DNA from: an uncultured Azospirillum sp.
GTDB taxonomy: Bacteria > Pseudomonadota > Alphaproteobacteria > RF32 > CAG-239
Assembly: GCA_900539605.1 (NCBI GenBank)
Contig: UQCS01000003.1
Coordinates: 7,172 to 71,171 of the forward strand
DNA: 64,000 bases
Direction of reading: 5' to 3'
Part shown: piece by piece, positions 35,595 through 44,158 of the stretch
Numbering within the stretch: the first letter of the stretch is position 1
Layout: each line of letters begins with the position of its first letter
Program-made: the position numbers and the translations under genes
The notes under the pieces: generated by a model
Seen by the model: only the letters and a program-made list of their open reading frames with translations
Told to the model about the DNA's origin: nothing
Database searches by the model: none

Positions 35595-36650
35595 ATGTTT
35601 TTACTGATCGTTTTTGCCGCTTCGGCAATTTGTATTTCTTTTTTATGTTCGGTTCTCGAAGCCGTCCTGCTGTCGATTACCCCAAGTTTTATCGCCCAGC
35701 TTCGGGAAAACAAACCGCGTCTGTATGCGCATCTTTCGGAATTGAAAACCAACATGGACTCTCCCTTGGCTGCCATCCTGACCTTAAACACGATTGCCCA
35801 CACCGTCGGCGCGGCCGGCGTCGGTGCTCAGGTAGCGGCAATTTACGGACAGGCCTATCTCGGTCTGGCTTCGGGCGTGATGACGCTGGCTATTTTGATT
35901 TTGTCGGAGATTCTGCCCAAGAGCATCGGTGCCAAATACTGGAGACAACTTGCAGCTTTCATGGCAGCCACCGTTCGCGTTATGATCGTTGTCCTTAAAC
36001 CGCTGTTGTATATTTCGGACTTTATTATGGGAATGTTCTCCGCCGAAACCGACAATTCTACTCTTAGAGAAGAAATACGCGCCCTCGGCAAAATGGCCGA
36101 AGAAGAAAAAGTCATCACCGAAACTCAGTACCGCCTGATCCGCAACACCATTATGCTGTCAACCATCCGGGTCGAAGATGTGATGACGCCGCGTACGGTT
36201 GTACATAAAATCAAACCCGGTATGACAATTCGGGAATTTGACATTTTTCTGACTTCTACCCCTTTCTCGCGTTTTCCGATCATCGACGAAGAAAAACAGA
36301 TCTATCTCGGTTATATTCACAAATCGAGCACTTTTAAGGCAACCGACGAACAGACGGTCGACCAGTTTGCCCGGCCGATGCGCAGTTTTGGCCCCGAAGC
36401 CCGCCTCGAAGACGTTTTGTCCTCCATGATCAAAGACCGCAATCATATTGCGATGGTGGTCGACGCCTATGGAAACTGGATCGGCATTATTACGATGGAA
36501 GATATTATCGAAAGTATTCTCGGCAAAGAAATTGTCGACGAAACCGATATGGTGGCCGATATGAGAATGTATGCCAAATTAAAATGGAAACGCAAACGCC
36601 AAAACAAAACCGCTTCGGCAAAAAATGAACACAACAACGAACCCGACTAA
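35595..36650 (+). CDS. CNNM/DUF21 transmembrane domain plus CBS-pair protein (TlyC/CorB-like)
   Basis: 351 aa with an N-terminal 4-TM DUF21 pattern (LNTIAHTVGAAGVG, SEILPKSIG). It has two CBS motifs (VEDVMTPR..., IAMVVDAYGNWIGIITMEDIIE) and no CorC_HlyC C-terminal domain. Confidence 0.8.
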   Translation: MFLLIVFAASAICISFLCSVLEAVLLSITPSFIAQLRENKPRLYAHLSELKTNMDSPLAAILTLNTIAHTVGAAGVGAQVAAIYGQAYLGLASGVMTLAILILSEILPKSIGAKYWRQLAAFMAATVRVMIVVLKPLLYISDFIMGMFSAETDNSTLREEIRALGKMAEEEKVITETQYRLIRNTIMLSTIRVEDVMTPRTVVHKIKPGMTIREFDIFLTSTPFSRFPIIDEEKQIYLGYIHKSSTFKATDEQTVDQFARPMRSFGPEARLEDVLSSMIKDRNHIAMVVDAYGNWIGIITMEDIIESILGKEIVDETDMVADMRMYAKLKWKRKRQNKTASAKNEHNNEPD

Positions 36651-36687
36651 GAAAGCGGTTGACTACCCTGTTTTATCTTATATGATG

Positions 36688-36717
36688 TCCTCATTACTTA
36701 ACTTTAGTTTATGAGGA
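36688..36717 (+). promoter_or_regulatory. Hairpin that would sequester the Shine-Dalgarno of the cytidylyltransferase gene
   Basis: TCCTCAT (36688-36694) pairs with ATGAGGA (36711-36717) across a 16-nt loop. The AGGA lies 5 nt before the ATG at 36722. Confidence 0.25.
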
Positions 36718-36721
36718 TATT

Positions 36722-37183
36722 ATGAAATATTATATTGTCAGCGGTGGTTTTGATCCGATCCACGAGGGTCACATCGCGATGATTAATGAAGCCGCCCGCC
36801 GCAGCGACGGTGTCATATTGCTGCTCAATTCCGATCAATGGCTCTGCCGCAAAAAGGGTAAGAATTTTATGAGCTTTCATACCCGCAAAACCATTTGCGA
36901 AAATTTGAAAAACATTATTAAAGTCCTTCCCTTTAATGACGACGACAACTCTGCCAGTGACGGTATCCGTCTGGTGCGGGAACAATTTCCTGATGCGGAA
37001 CTGGTCTTTGCCAACGGCGGCGACCGCACTCATGACAACATTCCTGAGACCGAAACCTGCCGTCTGTATAACGTCGCGCTCGAATTCGGTATCGGCGGCG
37101 AAAACAAAGCCAACTCATCTTCCTGGATTTTGAATAATTGGGAAAAAGCAGTCAGTTCCGACTCATCCCAACAGGAAAACTGA
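36722..37183 (+). CDS. Small cytidylyltransferase-fold nucleotidyltransferase (TagD/RfaE-domain-II-like)
   Basis: 153 aa starting YYIVSGGFDPIHEGHIAMI (HxGH motif), with VILLLNSDQWL and a late GGENKANSSS segment (ISTT-like position). Confidence 0.7.
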   Translation: MKYYIVSGGFDPIHEGHIAMINEAARRSDGVILLLNSDQWLCRKKGKNFMSFHTRKTICENLKNIIKVLPFNDDDNSASDGIRLVREQFPDAELVFANGGDRTHDNIPETETCRLYNVALEFGIGGENKANSSSWILNNWEKAVSSDSSQQEN

Positions 37184-37195
37184 AAATCTTTTATG

Positions 37196-37232
37196 ACAAA
37201 ACCCGGATATCAATTATCCGGGTTTTGTTTTT
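37196..37232. terminator. Strong bidirectional terminator between convergent genes
   Basis: CAAAACCCGGATA TCAAT TATCCGGGTTTTG followed by a T-run. Confidence 0.7.
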
Positions 37233-37256
37233 GCCGTCAGAGACACCGCCGGGGAA

Positions 37257-39644
37257 CTACTGCTCACCGAGAAGCATACTTTTCAACCCGCGGATCTTTT
37301 GTTTGCACTGCTTGCGTTTTTCTTTATATTTTTTACGAGTCTTGCCCAAAGTAAGCGCCGACAAAAGCTTATAACGCAGGCAACGTCTTTTCAGCGAACC
37401 GAGGATGCCGCTCTTGACCAACAGCCTTCCGGTTTCGTTCAAACGTTCTTGCAACCGCCATTGTTCGGCTTTTTGCGCATTCATTTGACGAATCAACATC
37501 GCAATAATCGCGTTTTCACCGTTGCCGACATCGCTTTTCGGCTGCTTGAGTGCGTTCTGCATCCATATCGTTGAGCGTTCGGTTTCCGCGTGCAGCTTCT
37601 GATTGACAGTTGTATAATCTACCGGTTCAAACAACTCGGGACGTTGATTGACGTTCTCACCGCGACCAAGCAATCGATTCTCCAACCCCAGCATCCCCAA
37701 CAGGCTTTCAAACCGGCTGGCGCCCCGTTCCGGGTTGACAATACAGACAAAAGGTTTGTTGAAAATAATCGCAAAGCAAACCCCATGGAAAGAATCGGTC
37801 ACCAAATAACGGCAGTTTTTAATATTATACAGCCAGTCTTCGGGAGACATGGTGACATTACCGTCTTTTTGAGCATTTCCCATATCAATAATCTCGGAAG
37901 CGCCGAACTTTTGTTCCACCGCCTTGACAATTTCAACAGTTTCGGGATGACGATCCAAAACATAAGAGAGGCCGAAACCTTCTCCGCGTTTGAGAGAGTT
38001 TTTGATCAGTTCGTCCCAACGTCCGGCATCAAACCAAAACACCGGATCCAAAATTTGTTCTGCTTTTTTGTAACCCAATTCTTCACGGCAAACGTCTATC
38101 CCCGATTTTTCCCGAACCGACACCGCATCAAAACACGACAGATAGTATTTCAGTAACGGTTTGTCCCCGCTCACCGCATCTAGCTTGTCCAGACCAAAAC
38201 TGGCGCTGCAGGCAATTTTCTTTTTCTCCGGATCTGCAAACGGAAGATAATAATAAAAATTGCTGGTTCGGCTATACTTGGGACGAAAGACCTGGTCCGA
38301 CCCCACGACAAAAGTATTGACAATATCATTGAGCTTTGCCAATTCTCTTGGCGTATTGTAAGTTTGTGTAATATCCAAATAACGATCGGCAAATATTTGC
38401 GTATAACTGCCGCGATAGTTCGGACGGCACCAGTCATGAACATAAGTTACCAAACGATTGCTGTATCCCCAGTCACGCAAACTTTGCTGCAAGGCATAAG
38501 CTGTCAGAACCGCCCCATAGTTTAACGACCACCAAAAGTTCAAAATCGCAACGTCGAAATGTTCTTCCTGGCAATTTTTCAGATTGTCTTCCAACGTCAT
38601 TTTATCAAGATTGTCAAAAAATTTCTTGCGGTTATGATGTACAATAGAAGAGCCGTCTATGGTCGCATTTCCGGCTACAGCATATTCCAAGCCGACTTTT
38701 TTCAGGAGACGAAAACCTTTTACACTTTGTTTCAAAGCCTTTTTCCCTTTTTCGCTGTTTACCAGTATCGCACTGGTTCCCTTTTTGTCATTATAAGCCG
38801 GATTACAATGGTCAATTTGCCAAAAGTCGCCAATTGTCAAATCACCTTGCCGCGGCAATTTGTTAAATTGACAATGACCGCAGCTATTGCGCAAACAAAG
38901 GTTCGACAAAAAGGCTTTCATATAAGGGTTAGTCTTGGCCTCAAAATGCTCACATGTTTCAGTTGTCGTAACAGTCACAGTCGAATTGTAGCCCCAACCG
39001 TTTCTTTTGTTGCGGAAATTCACATCTGTAACCTGACCGCCAAGGTCAAGCTCTTTCAGATATTTTTGAAATACTTTCGGCGAAGGAACACCGTGACAGA
39101 TAATATCCACACATAACAAATTATCATAATCCTTACGCAGATATCCCCTCAAACCGGCAACCTGACAAGGTGTACCGCTAAACAACACCAAACGTCCTTC
39201 AATTAACAGCCGTTTTATTCTGGAAAAGCAATCTCCGGTATTGCTCTGCACATATTTTGAACGACGCAATTTTTCCAAGCCTTCTTCATTTTCGATCAGA
39301 ATATGCTCAACCGCCATCTGTTCATTATAAGCAGCGCCGCAGACGACACCGCCCTGCTTCAGTATATCTTGCGCCAGCAAGGTAAATACACCGCCGGAAG
39401 AACTTTTGCAGCGGATATCGTTATCGGCCATCGCCGCATAACACTCCGGTTTTTCCGCCCGGTCATAACGAGGATTAACCGCCGGGCAGCTCTGTTCGCA
39501 TAAACCGCATTTAATACAAATATCAGAATTAACCGCCGGATACAAAAAACCTTCGTTGTTGGCTTTCATTGAAATGGCATGATGCGGGCATGCATTAAAG
39601 CAAGCGCCGCAACCGGTACATTCTACCTGCTCTATTTTAAGCAT
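37257..39644 (-). CDS. Three-module fusion: 2x[4Fe-4S] ferredoxin, FrhB/FdhB-like (coenzyme F420 hydrogenase beta family) and polysaccharide pyruvyl transferase
   Basis: 795 aa.
- Ferredoxin module: CTGCGACFNACP and CIKCGLCEQSCP.
- FrhB-like module: SSSGGVFTLLA, FSGTPCQVAGL, CHGVPSP and GDFW.
- Pyruvyl transferase module: ILNFWWSLNYGAVLTAYAL, VVGSDQVFRP, SASFG, VSVREKSG, LDPVFWF and VTDSFHGVCFAIIFNKPF.
- The last ~100 aa are a basic coiled tail. Confidence 0.8.
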   Translation of the reverse strand: MLKIEQVECTGCGACFNACPHHAISMKANNEGFLYPAVNSDICIKCGLCEQSCPAVNPRYDRAEKPECYAAMADNDIRCKSSSGGVFTLLAQDILKQGGVVCGAAYNEQMAVEHILIENEEGLEKLRRSKYVQSNTGDCFSRIKRLLIEGRLVLFSGTPCQVAGLRGYLRKDYDNLLCVDIICHGVPSPKVFQKYLKELDLGGQVTDVNFRNKRNGWGYNSTVTVTTTETCEHFEAKTNPYMKAFLSNLCLRNSCGHCQFNKLPRQGDLTIGDFWQIDHCNPAYNDKKGTSAILVNSEKGKKALKQSVKGFRLLKKVGLEYAVAGNATIDGSSIVHHNRKKFFDNLDKMTLEDNLKNCQEEHFDVAILNFWWSLNYGAVLTAYALQQSLRDWGYSNRLVTYVHDWCRPNYRGSYTQIFADRYLDITQTYNTPRELAKLNDIVNTFVVGSDQVFRPKYSRTSNFYYYLPFADPEKKKIACSASFGLDKLDAVSGDKPLLKYYLSCFDAVSVREKSGIDVCREELGYKKAEQILDPVFWFDAGRWDELIKNSLKRGEGFGLSYVLDRHPETVEIVKAVEQKFGASEIIDMGNAQKDGNVTMSPEDWLYNIKNCRYLVTDSFHGVCFAIIFNKPFVCIVNPERGASRFESLLGMLGLENRLLGRGENVNQRPELFEPVDYTTVNQKLHAETERSTIWMQNALKQPKSDVGNGENAIIAMLIRQMNAQKAEQWRLQERLNETGRLLVKSGILGSLKRRCLRYKLLSALTLGKTRKKYKEKRKQCKQKIRGLKSMLLGEQ

Positions 39645-40530
39645 TCTTCTTCCTCTTTTTTATTTTGATTTTTATTCCGAGTATATTAAAACATTTGTGC
39701 CGGTCCGCTTTGCTCTCAACGACATTTTGTTCAGGTTTTGAACGATATGAACGCAGACGCACCAGATAATTAAGCAGATTATCTATGTTGCGTTGAAAAA
39801 GCTCATCATATTTCTTATCGGTAAGATCATTCATCTCATAGCGTCTCAGCATATTTCGTACAATCTGATGCTCTCTGGACAGCCTTGACCAAATTGAATT
39901 TCCGTGATGGCGGTAAACTGACAGGTTCCGATTGACAAACCCCGCCTGATTGCCGTCCAAAATCAAAATATGCAACAAATAATCAACGCCCGGCCCCTTT
40001 CTGAAAACCGGGCTGACTTTTTTCAGGATATCGGTCTGATAAAGGCAGCAGGATAAGTTTTGAATTTGGTTGTCGGTTACAAAATCTTCAATACCGATCC
40101 GGCAGTCCTTATTATACAAGTAGTCACGTTCTTTCAGCTTGCCGTCCTGCAAAACCTGAAAACGGTGGAACCACATTACCGCATCGCCGTTCTTCTGTGT
40201 TTCCTGATACATAATTTCCAGTTTGCCCGGCAGCCAATAGTCATCACCTTCCAAAATTGCCGTATATGCACCGTTGCAGCGATTAAACAAATCGGCATAA
40301 TTTTCGTTAACACCCACATTATGAGGACGTTCCACCAGCTGAATTAAGTCCGGATATTTTTCCTGATAGCTTTTCACAATTTCTACTGTGTGATCAGAAG
40401 AACAATCGTCTCCGATAATGATTTCTCTGATCAGACTGTGATTTTGCGCCAACACGCTCTCCAACGCCTGAGCAATAAACGCTTCATGATTATAAGTTAC
40501 GATAATAACGCTTATATCCCGGTTTTCCAT
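39637..40530 (-). CDS. Family 2 glycosyltransferase
   Basis: 297 aa with ISVIIVTYNHEAFIAQALESVLAQ, IIGDDCSSDHT and ILEGDDYW (DxD). The stop overlaps the downstream fusion gene start by 8 nt. Confidence 0.85.
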   Translation of the reverse strand: MENRDISVIIVTYNHEAFIAQALESVLAQNHSLIREIIIGDDCSSDHTVEIVKSYQEKYPDLIQLVERPHNVGVNENYADLFNRCNGAYTAILEGDDYWLPGKLEIMYQETQKNGDAVMWFHRFQVLQDGKLKERDYLYNKDCRIGIEDFVTDNQIQNLSCCLYQTDILKKVSPVFRKGPGVDYLLHILILDGNQAGFVNRNLSVYRHHGNSIWSRLSREHQIVRNMLRRYEMNDLTDKKYDELFQRNIDNLLNYLVRLRSYRSKPEQNVVESKADRHKCFNILGIKIKIKKRKKNA

Positions 40531-40545
40531 AAAATATCCTTTATT

Positions 40546-41505
40546 TCAGTTATTGTTTTCGTCTTTGGCGGCACTGCCGTTCCATAAATCTTTTCCCAAA
40601 AAGGAAAATTGCTTTTTTCTTAATGAAAAATGGAACATATGTTTTTTGGCAACTTTTATTTTTTCCAGCCGTCCGAGAATTTTTTCAAGTTTGGCAGCCG
40701 TTTCCGGATCTTCACGCACCTCGGCTGTCACCATATGGGTAAGAATAAAATTGATTACCAAATCTTTTTCGATCTGTCTGAATTTATTTTCATTCATAAA
40801 ATTCATCATCTCACCGACGATATAAACACAATCATTGCGGCGTTTCTGTTTTTTCAACATCGAACGAGTGGTCGAATTGCTGTTTTTGATATAATTGTAA
40901 AAACATCCCGAAACGGTTGCCAGTTTGTTGGCATAATAAACAGCCTTCAGATTAAAGAGATTGTCTTCCCAAATATAATTCTCGGGAAAAAACAGCTCAT
41001 TTTTGCGTAAAAAAGCGGTGCGGAACAATTTGTCACAGGCACCTCCGTGCGGAAGCAGCGCAAACTTGTTAAAAAAAGAACTGCACTCTTTGGGGACATT
41101 GCGGGTTTTGGAAACACGTCCGTCCAAATAAACCAGTTTTGTCTCCGCCATCGTAATATCGGCCCGGCTTGATACCGATTTTTTGAAAAGAGTCTTATAA
41201 TACTTTTCATCAATAAAATCATCGGCATCGACAAAAGCGATAAATTCTCCGCCAGCTTCCCGAATCCCCAAATTGCGGACATAACTTTGTCCGTGATTTT
41301 CCGGCAGGTTGATCACTCGCAGTCGCGGATCGTCAATAGCCGCCGCAATCTTTGCCGTCTCGTCGGAAGAACAGTCGTTTATAACAATGACTTCCAGTTT
41401 TTGGTAAGATTGATTCAAGACAGAATCCAAACATTTATTTAAGTACGGCGCCGCATTATAAGCCGGGATTATGACCGTTATGACGTTCTTGGCTAGTTCT
41501 TCCAT
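40546..41505 (-). CDS. Family 2 glycosyltransferase
   Basis: 319 aa with VTVIIPAYNAAPYLNKCLDSVLNQSY, VIVINDCSSDET and AFVDADDF (DxD). Confidence 0.85.
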   Translation of the reverse strand: MEELAKNVITVIIPAYNAAPYLNKCLDSVLNQSYQKLEVIVINDCSSDETAKIAAAIDDPRLRVINLPENHGQSYVRNLGIREAGGEFIAFVDADDFIDEKYYKTLFKKSVSSRADITMAETKLVYLDGRVSKTRNVPKECSSFFNKFALLPHGGACDKLFRTAFLRKNELFFPENYIWEDNLFNLKAVYYANKLATVSGCFYNYIKNSNSTTRSMLKKQKRRNDCVYIVGEMMNFMNENKFRQIEKDLVINFILTHMVTAEVREDPETAAKLEKILGRLEKIKVAKKHMFHFSLRKKQFSFLGKDLWNGSAAKDENNN

Positions 41506-41519
41506 TTATTTTCATTTCC

Positions 41520-42728
41520 TTAGTGTTTTTTACTTGTTTTCTCATCAATCAGCTTCAACAATTCTTTGAGATTATTCAACGACAATCGGCGGATGTCCTC
41601 CGCCTTCTTCATTACTTTTTCTTGCATACGGCAATAAGCGGCACTGTCCATTGCCGCCGCTTTTTCCATGGCTGCCCCTAAATCGCCATTACGGTCATAA
41701 ACCAAACTGTTATCCGAATTAAAATCATAAGCCTTAGCAAACTCGGAATGAATAATGCAGGGTTTGGCAAAAGCATAAATCAACTGAAAACTGCCGCTGG
41801 TACCGATCGTCATATAACGTTCGTGCTGGGGATTTTCGGGATCAAACAGGCACAAAAAGAAATCAGCTTTTTCCATTTCCTTAAACATATCCGGATAAGA
41901 AAGCCGTCCGCAAAGTTCCATATACGGTGCAATTTCTTCATCAATATTGTCCAGTTTCCCGGATCCGACCAGCACCACTTTAAAATCCTGCCGTATTTTT
42001 TTGAGATTTTTAACCGCATCAATCAACAGGGAGTGATTCTTACGCCAGGGGCTGATATTTCCGACTACAACAAATCTTGTAATACCTTCGTTTTTGGGCG
42101 TAATTTCAATATCGCCGAAATATTGCGAATTAACCATCGTATACTTTTTTGAATATTGGTTGTGCAAGTCGGCCAGCGCAATCAGATTTTCGTTCATTCC
42201 GCCCTGTTCCAGATGATGCTGAACAAATAATATCCGCTCACGGTCAAAGGCCACATGTTTCAGATAATCGGCAACCGGCACCATTTTCGGCGTATCGCGA
42301 TGTACGCCGGGGAAATAAATCAACGACGAGTTAAATAAAATATACTTGTAATTTTTGACCACCGAATGGGTTTCCATCAGCAGTTCAAACGGCACTTCAC
42401 CAAAAGAATATACCCTTATCTTGTTGAGCGCATTGGTCAGAAAATCGAGCTGCGACGCATTGCAGACAAAAATGTCCACATTATACCCCAACTCTGTAAG
42501 ATATTTGGCATATCCCGGAATAACCTCATAATGGCAGTCGTTTGGTTCCACAATCAGAACACTGTTTGACCGCACCGATTTGAAAAGACGCATAAAGTCG
42601 GCAATTTTCTTTTTATGCCGATTATAACGCACCTGAATTTTAACCCCGGCGATTGTAATGATCTTATGTGTTTTGCGCGGCGAGTTCTTGATTGAAAAAA
42701 TTTGTTCTAAAATATTTGACTTTCCCAT
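41520..42728 (-). CDS. Divergent GT-B (GT4-like) putative transferase, paralog A
   Basis: About 50% identical by eye to the gene immediately upstream. Shared blocks are CHYEVIPG[YF]AKY.TELGYNVDI, F[IV]QHH.E, VVG.IS.WRKN..LLI, ADFFLCL.DPEN and GTSGSFQLIY.FA. The ATG at 42728, preceded by GGAGG, is preferred over 42779. Confidence 0.55.
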   Translation of the reverse strand: MGKSNILEQIFSIKNSPRKTHKIITIAGVKIQVRYNRHKKKIADFMRLFKSVRSNSVLIVEPNDCHYEVIPGYAKYLTELGYNVDIFVCNASQLDFLTNALNKIRVYSFGEVPFELLMETHSVVKNYKYILFNSSLIYFPGVHRDTPKMVPVADYLKHVAFDRERILFVQHHLEQGGMNENLIALADLHNQYSKKYTMVNSQYFGDIEITPKNEGITRFVVVGNISPWRKNHSLLIDAVKNLKKIRQDFKVVLVGSGKLDNIDEEIAPYMELCGRLSYPDMFKEMEKADFFLCLFDPENPQHERYMTIGTSGSFQLIYAFAKPCIIHSEFAKAYDFNSDNSLVYDRNGDLGAAMEKAAAMDSAAYCRMQEKVMKKAEDIRRLSLNNLKELLKLIDEKTSKKH

Positions 42729-42762
42729 TTCCTGTTTTCCTCCAAACAACTGCATACCCCGG

Positions 42763-43947
42763 TTATCGGACAGAGTCAATTGTTTCCAGCAACAGTCTCA
42801 GATTTCTCAAAGACCGTTCCCGGATACTTTTGGCTTTGTTTTTCAATTCGGACTGTAACCGCGCGTACACCGTCCCGTCCATTTCAATGGCCTGCTGCAT
42901 CAGAGGCACCAGGTCCGCATTGTTTTCATATACCAGACTGTTAGTATGATTAAATTCGTAAGCCGCTGCAAATTTAGACTGAATAAGACAGAGCGTGGCA
43001 AAACCGTAAATCAGTTGAAAACTGCCGCTGGTACCCATCGAAACATAACGGTCGTGATCCGGATTTTCCGGGTCCAGCAAACACAGAAAAAAATCTGCTT
43101 CTTCCATGGCAGCAAACATTTCCCGATATGGCAAACGCCCTCTGATATCAAAATATGCCGCCACGTCCTCGTCAATTTGCAACTTTTGTCCGGCACCGAC
43201 GACAATCACTTTAAATCTGTCGGTCAGCTTTGCCAAACGGCGCACTGACGCAATTAACAGATCATAATTTTTACGCCACGACGAAATTCCGCCCACGACG
43301 ATAAATTTGGTGATATCTTTGCTTTTGGGCGTTATCCTGACTTTTCCGAAATAATGGGGATTAACGATATAAAAACGGGACGAATACGGATTGTGCAAAT
43401 CAACCAACGCGATCTGGTTACGGTTGATACCCTGTCTTTCCATATGATGCTGTATAAAAATCATTTTTGACATATCGGCAGCAATGTTTTTGTAATAGTC
43501 GGTTACAAACGGCATTTCCGGCGCATTCGCCACACCGCCACCAACATATTTAATTGCCGAATTAAACACGATATAGCGGTATTTACAAATGGCGGCCGCA
43601 CTCAGCAGCCGTTCAATATCTTTCTCGCCCAAATTGTAAACTCTGACGCTTCTCAGTGCGTCGCTCAAAAAATCCAGCCGTTCGTCACCGCAAACGGCAA
43701 TATCGACATTATAGCCCAACTCGGTAAAATATTTGGCAAAACCGGGAATAACTTCATAATGACAATTGTTGGTTTCAACAATCAGCACACAGTTTTTACG
43801 TATATCAGCAATCAGTTGGTTACACGCTTTGCGGTTACCGTCGCAGCGGATTTTCAATTTTACGCCGAAAATCTTCACCACTTTATGCGTCTTGACGGGA
43901 GTGGTTTCTACAGAAAATATTTTCTGCTTTAAGTCAAATATTAACAT
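42763..43947 (-). CDS. Divergent GT-B (GT4-like) putative transferase, paralog B
   Basis: 394 aa. Tandem paralog of 41520-42728, with the same conserved blocks. Confidence 0.55.
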   Translation of the reverse strand: MLIFDLKQKIFSVETTPVKTHKVVKIFGVKLKIRCDGNRKACNQLIADIRKNCVLIVETNNCHYEVIPGFAKYFTELGYNVDIAVCGDERLDFLSDALRSVRVYNLGEKDIERLLSAAAICKYRYIVFNSAIKYVGGGVANAPEMPFVTDYYKNIAADMSKMIFIQHHMERQGINRNQIALVDLHNPYSSRFYIVNPHYFGKVRITPKSKDITKFIVVGGISSWRKNYDLLIASVRRLAKLTDRFKVIVVGAGQKLQIDEDVAAYFDIRGRLPYREMFAAMEEADFFLCLLDPENPDHDRYVSMGTSGSFQLIYGFATLCLIQSKFAAAYEFNHTNSLVYENNADLVPLMQQAIEMDGTVYARLQSELKNKAKSIRERSLRNLRLLLETIDSVR

Positions 43948-44158
43948 AATGTCAACTCACCGGATTGCCAGGTTAAACGTAACAGAAAAGGTTCTCTTTG
44001 TTGCTACACCAAATTTGCTTAAAATTCAAGCGATTTATACAGGTTATACCGTTCCCCAAAAAACGAAATACGGTTACGACTGTATTCATGAGCACCCAGA
44101 TACAAATAGCGGGTTACAAAACTCAAGAATGCCGCACCTTACGCTATTTTCCCGTCTC

